Assembly (NCBI GenBank): GCA_030704615.1
Contig: CM060733.1
Coordinates: 8,184,001 to 8,248,000 of the forward strand
Direction of reading: 5' to 3'
Length of the DNA: 64,000 nt
DNA from: Takakia lepidozioides
Taxonomy: Eukaryota > Plantae > Bryophyta
Below, piece after piece: positions 61,531 through 64,000 of the stretch. The position numbers and the translations under genes are program-made. The notes beneath the pieces are model-generated. The model worked only from the letters and a program-made list of their open reading frames with translations. It searched no databases and was not told the DNA's origin. Numbering within the stretch: position 1 is the stretch's first letter; the number at the start of each line of letters is the position of its first letter.

Positions 61531-62685
61531 TGGAGACTGCCGGGCAGCCGACTGGCCAGCAGCCGACTGGCAGACTGGAGGGCAGCGGACTCATGGGCGG
61601 GGGATTGGCCGCGCGGCGGAGGGGGGCGCGGGCGGGAAGCTGGGGAGCCGGGCGTCCGTGTGCGGGGCCCACCGGCCACATCGCACGTGCCCATTGAAGA
61701 CCCTATTATCTTAAAATGAGAGGCAAACAAGTGTGGTCACCCTAAAAATGGAGATAATGTGGTAAAGAGGATGTGAGTAGTCAATCACTGCTCCCACGCT
61801 TATCATGGTGTTCACCATTCTCATCCTATAATTAAACGTTGATCAATTTGTATCATCACAATATGAAGTTTTAGGTTGATATGTACTTCTTCCTTTGCTA
61901 TCTTTAATGAAAAGAGGTAGTACCAAAAATTGCGTAATCTTTTACCGCTTCCCTTGGGCCTTGTGTTTGGCGCCTCATGGCGAAGTAACTTTGAAGGAGG
62001 TTATATATATATATAAGAAAAGGGGACAAGTGACCCTTTAAAATTTTATTAATCAACGAAAACATAACCTTGCATATGCCAAGTAGGCTGATAGATCAGA
62101 CTCCACTCCGAACCAAGTGCAGACTAAGAGAGAGAGAATCAAAAGGAAGCTACAGAAGCGTAGAAGCTCCGAAGCAAGTCCAGATAGAAGAGAGAGAGAA
62201 CCAAAAGGGAGCTGCATAATCCGCAGCAAGACCAGATTGAAGAGCCAGGGAACCAAGAGGGAGCTACAGGATCCTAAAGGCAAACAATAACCCCACCACC
62301 CACCCCATTCACCCATGTGATTTTAATTCTAGGAGTTGTGATTCACTCCTTTTGAAAATGGGGGGGTCTTGTGATGCTGAGTAATTTCTGAGTTACCAGA
62401 ATTACTCTGTGGATATGGCTTACTACAAATGTCTCTACAAAATGTTTAGTGGAAATTTTTCTGTGATGATGCTTTGGTTTAAGTCTGTATTGTCCTTTCC
62501 TGTTTTGACAAGACAAACGCTATCTCTCTCTGACAGCATATTGTCTCCCGGTTGAAGAAGCCAGGCTTCTGCAGACTTGTCAGTTAAGTAGCACTTCTGA
62601 GAATTAACCCTACCCATCTCCTCACATGATCCATGGTGTTGAGGTAACACCAATTCTGCAAACCCTTTCTCTTGTGGCTCTCTCC

Positions 62686-63468
62686 TCACCTTGCCTGAAG
62701 GAGTGAACTGTGTATGATTGAGTTGTACTGATTGGTAAGAGAATTCTCGAGGTTGCTGTAGAGCCCAAAGAGCGAATACTACCCAAGATTACTAGTTTGG
62801 TACCATGAATTGAGCACTTGGTAACGACGGTCAGTGCCAGACCATGTGAGTTGAATGCTAAGACTGCAGTCCACTTTGCCTCCAGTATCTTTGCAGGTTC
62901 CACTTTGGATAGCACACTCCCCATCCACACAAACAAAAGAGGAGTTCCCTTTGCATGACTGGCAGCCATCATTCTTCCAGAGTAGATTCTGGAGTCTGCC
63001 TTGGTCAAAATTTAGTACCTAAATTCATGGACATCATTAGTGTTTTGTGTGAGGTCGCTCAATTAAGTCTGAGGTTTTGTCAAAAACAAGCTGACAGTAT
63101 CTTTCCTGCAATGTCATCTATTGTTCTTTCAGTGTTCAGCCACCCTTCCCATCAAGAAATTAGTCACTTGTTCAGATTCCATTGGGATGTAACTTTGATT
63201 TTGGGAGCCTGTATCAAATAAGATCTAACCCGGTCACAGTCAAAACAAAGAGAGTCAGGGTTTGGCAAAACGTCTGGTGTGTGCCTGAAAGTAAGAGAAT
63301 TTTATTATAAGCTTACACTCCCTCCAACATTCCCAGTGACAAGAGAGAGTGTACCAGTGAGAGACTGGTGATCCGATAGCTAGTATTAGCTAAGAACTGA
63401 GGCCGTGATGCAGCTGCAAACGTGCTCCCTGCAAAGGCTGTAATATATGCTCCATTTGGAATGTATTC
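62686..63468 (-). pseudogene. Expp1-like plant protein, last two exons; premature TAG near the C-terminus
   Basis: Exons 63468-63355 (AYITAFAGSTFAAASRPQFLANTSYRITSLSL) and 63018-62686 (VLNFDQGRLQNLLWKNDGCQSC..VDCSLSIQLTWSGTD..LNSWY..G*YSLFGLYSNL). 5' exons are probably beyond the window. Confidence 0.7.
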
Positions 63469-64000
63469 CTAGAGAAATAGAGCATGCAGCCACCCTGCTC
63501 ATCAACAAATAGCAAGACAAGACGGACATATGCAAATAAAGTACCATACCATGACGGAAACCTCAATAATAAACATGGCAGAGCAGGTTGCAGGCCAGCA
63601 GGCATCTGGAGTCAGCAATGACGAATGCAGCTAAGTGCCAGACTTCCAAAGACCTTGATTCTTTGCAGCCCTCTGGTTCTGTCACTCGCCATTCTTCAAT
63701 TGGAAATGCAGAATAGGGTCGACAGACTTCAGTATTACTCAAACTAATATCATATCACAGCTACATTCGTGTAAGGCTATGCTCAATTTGATTACAGCAG
63801 AGAAAGCGGGGACAAAGAGATGGCCTGCTGTCAAGGCCAAAGCTTCATAAAAATATGAAGATGGCACTGATACAGTAAAAGTCATGCGGTATGCAGAAGC
63901 ACTACAGTCTTCATTTGACACCATCTTTTTCTTGCCAGTCAAGCGCAGTCCCACCACAAAAGACGGAAAACTTACAGGATTAAATTCAGTGTATTTGACA

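Larger units (their letters stand above)
42291..61724 (+). mobile_element. Mutator-like DNA transposon (MULE), ~12.5 kb excluding the nested retroelement
   Basis: TIRs GCCTCTCATTTTAAGATAATAGGGTC.. (left 42291-~42730; right split into ~54450-54560 and 61536-61724). 9-bp TSD GAACAAGTG/AAACAAGTG with one mismatch. SWIM transposase inside. Confidence 0.92.

Noticed and set aside
63469-63471. Premature stop in the Expp1-like gene
   Set aside because: This TAG is better explained as the splice acceptor; only the TAG in the last exon is a real premature stop.

Overview
Transposon-rich land-plant nuclear DNA (spliceosomal introns, PLS-PPR, F-box, PTI1 and plant tRNA-Asn sequences; a non-seed plant such as a bryophyte or fern is my inference only). 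The main result is a decayed Ty3/Gypsy-type retrotransposon (~16.3-25.2 kb). Its gag-pol frame carries a complete, non-permuted DNMT3-like C5-cytosine methyltransferase between protease and RT, and its integrase ends in a PHD finger, so one element encodes a chromatin writer and a chromatin reader. The second is a 19.4-kb Mutator-like element (42291-61724; long TIRs, 9-bp TSD, empty-site paralog in the same window). It carries a SWIM transposase resembling the Arabidopsis At4g13970/At1g60560 family, an antisense Ulp1-like protease with unknown accessory domains, pervasive CAGTC/CAGAC motif repeats, and a young chromovirus LTR element nested in its right TIR. Apparently intact host genes: F-box protein, RING-HC transmembrane E3 ligase, predicted N-myristoylated adenylate/UMP-CMP kinase, DnaJ-type zinc-finger protein and tRNA-Asn(GTT). 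Also present: an FCP1-like ORF, many gene fragments (PPR, PTI1, CDC20, amidase, RLK, UPF2), an Expp1-like gene with a premature stop, a tRNA-derived SINE, a hAT-type MITE and a local duplication. All family assignments come from motif recognition by eye; no database searches were run.
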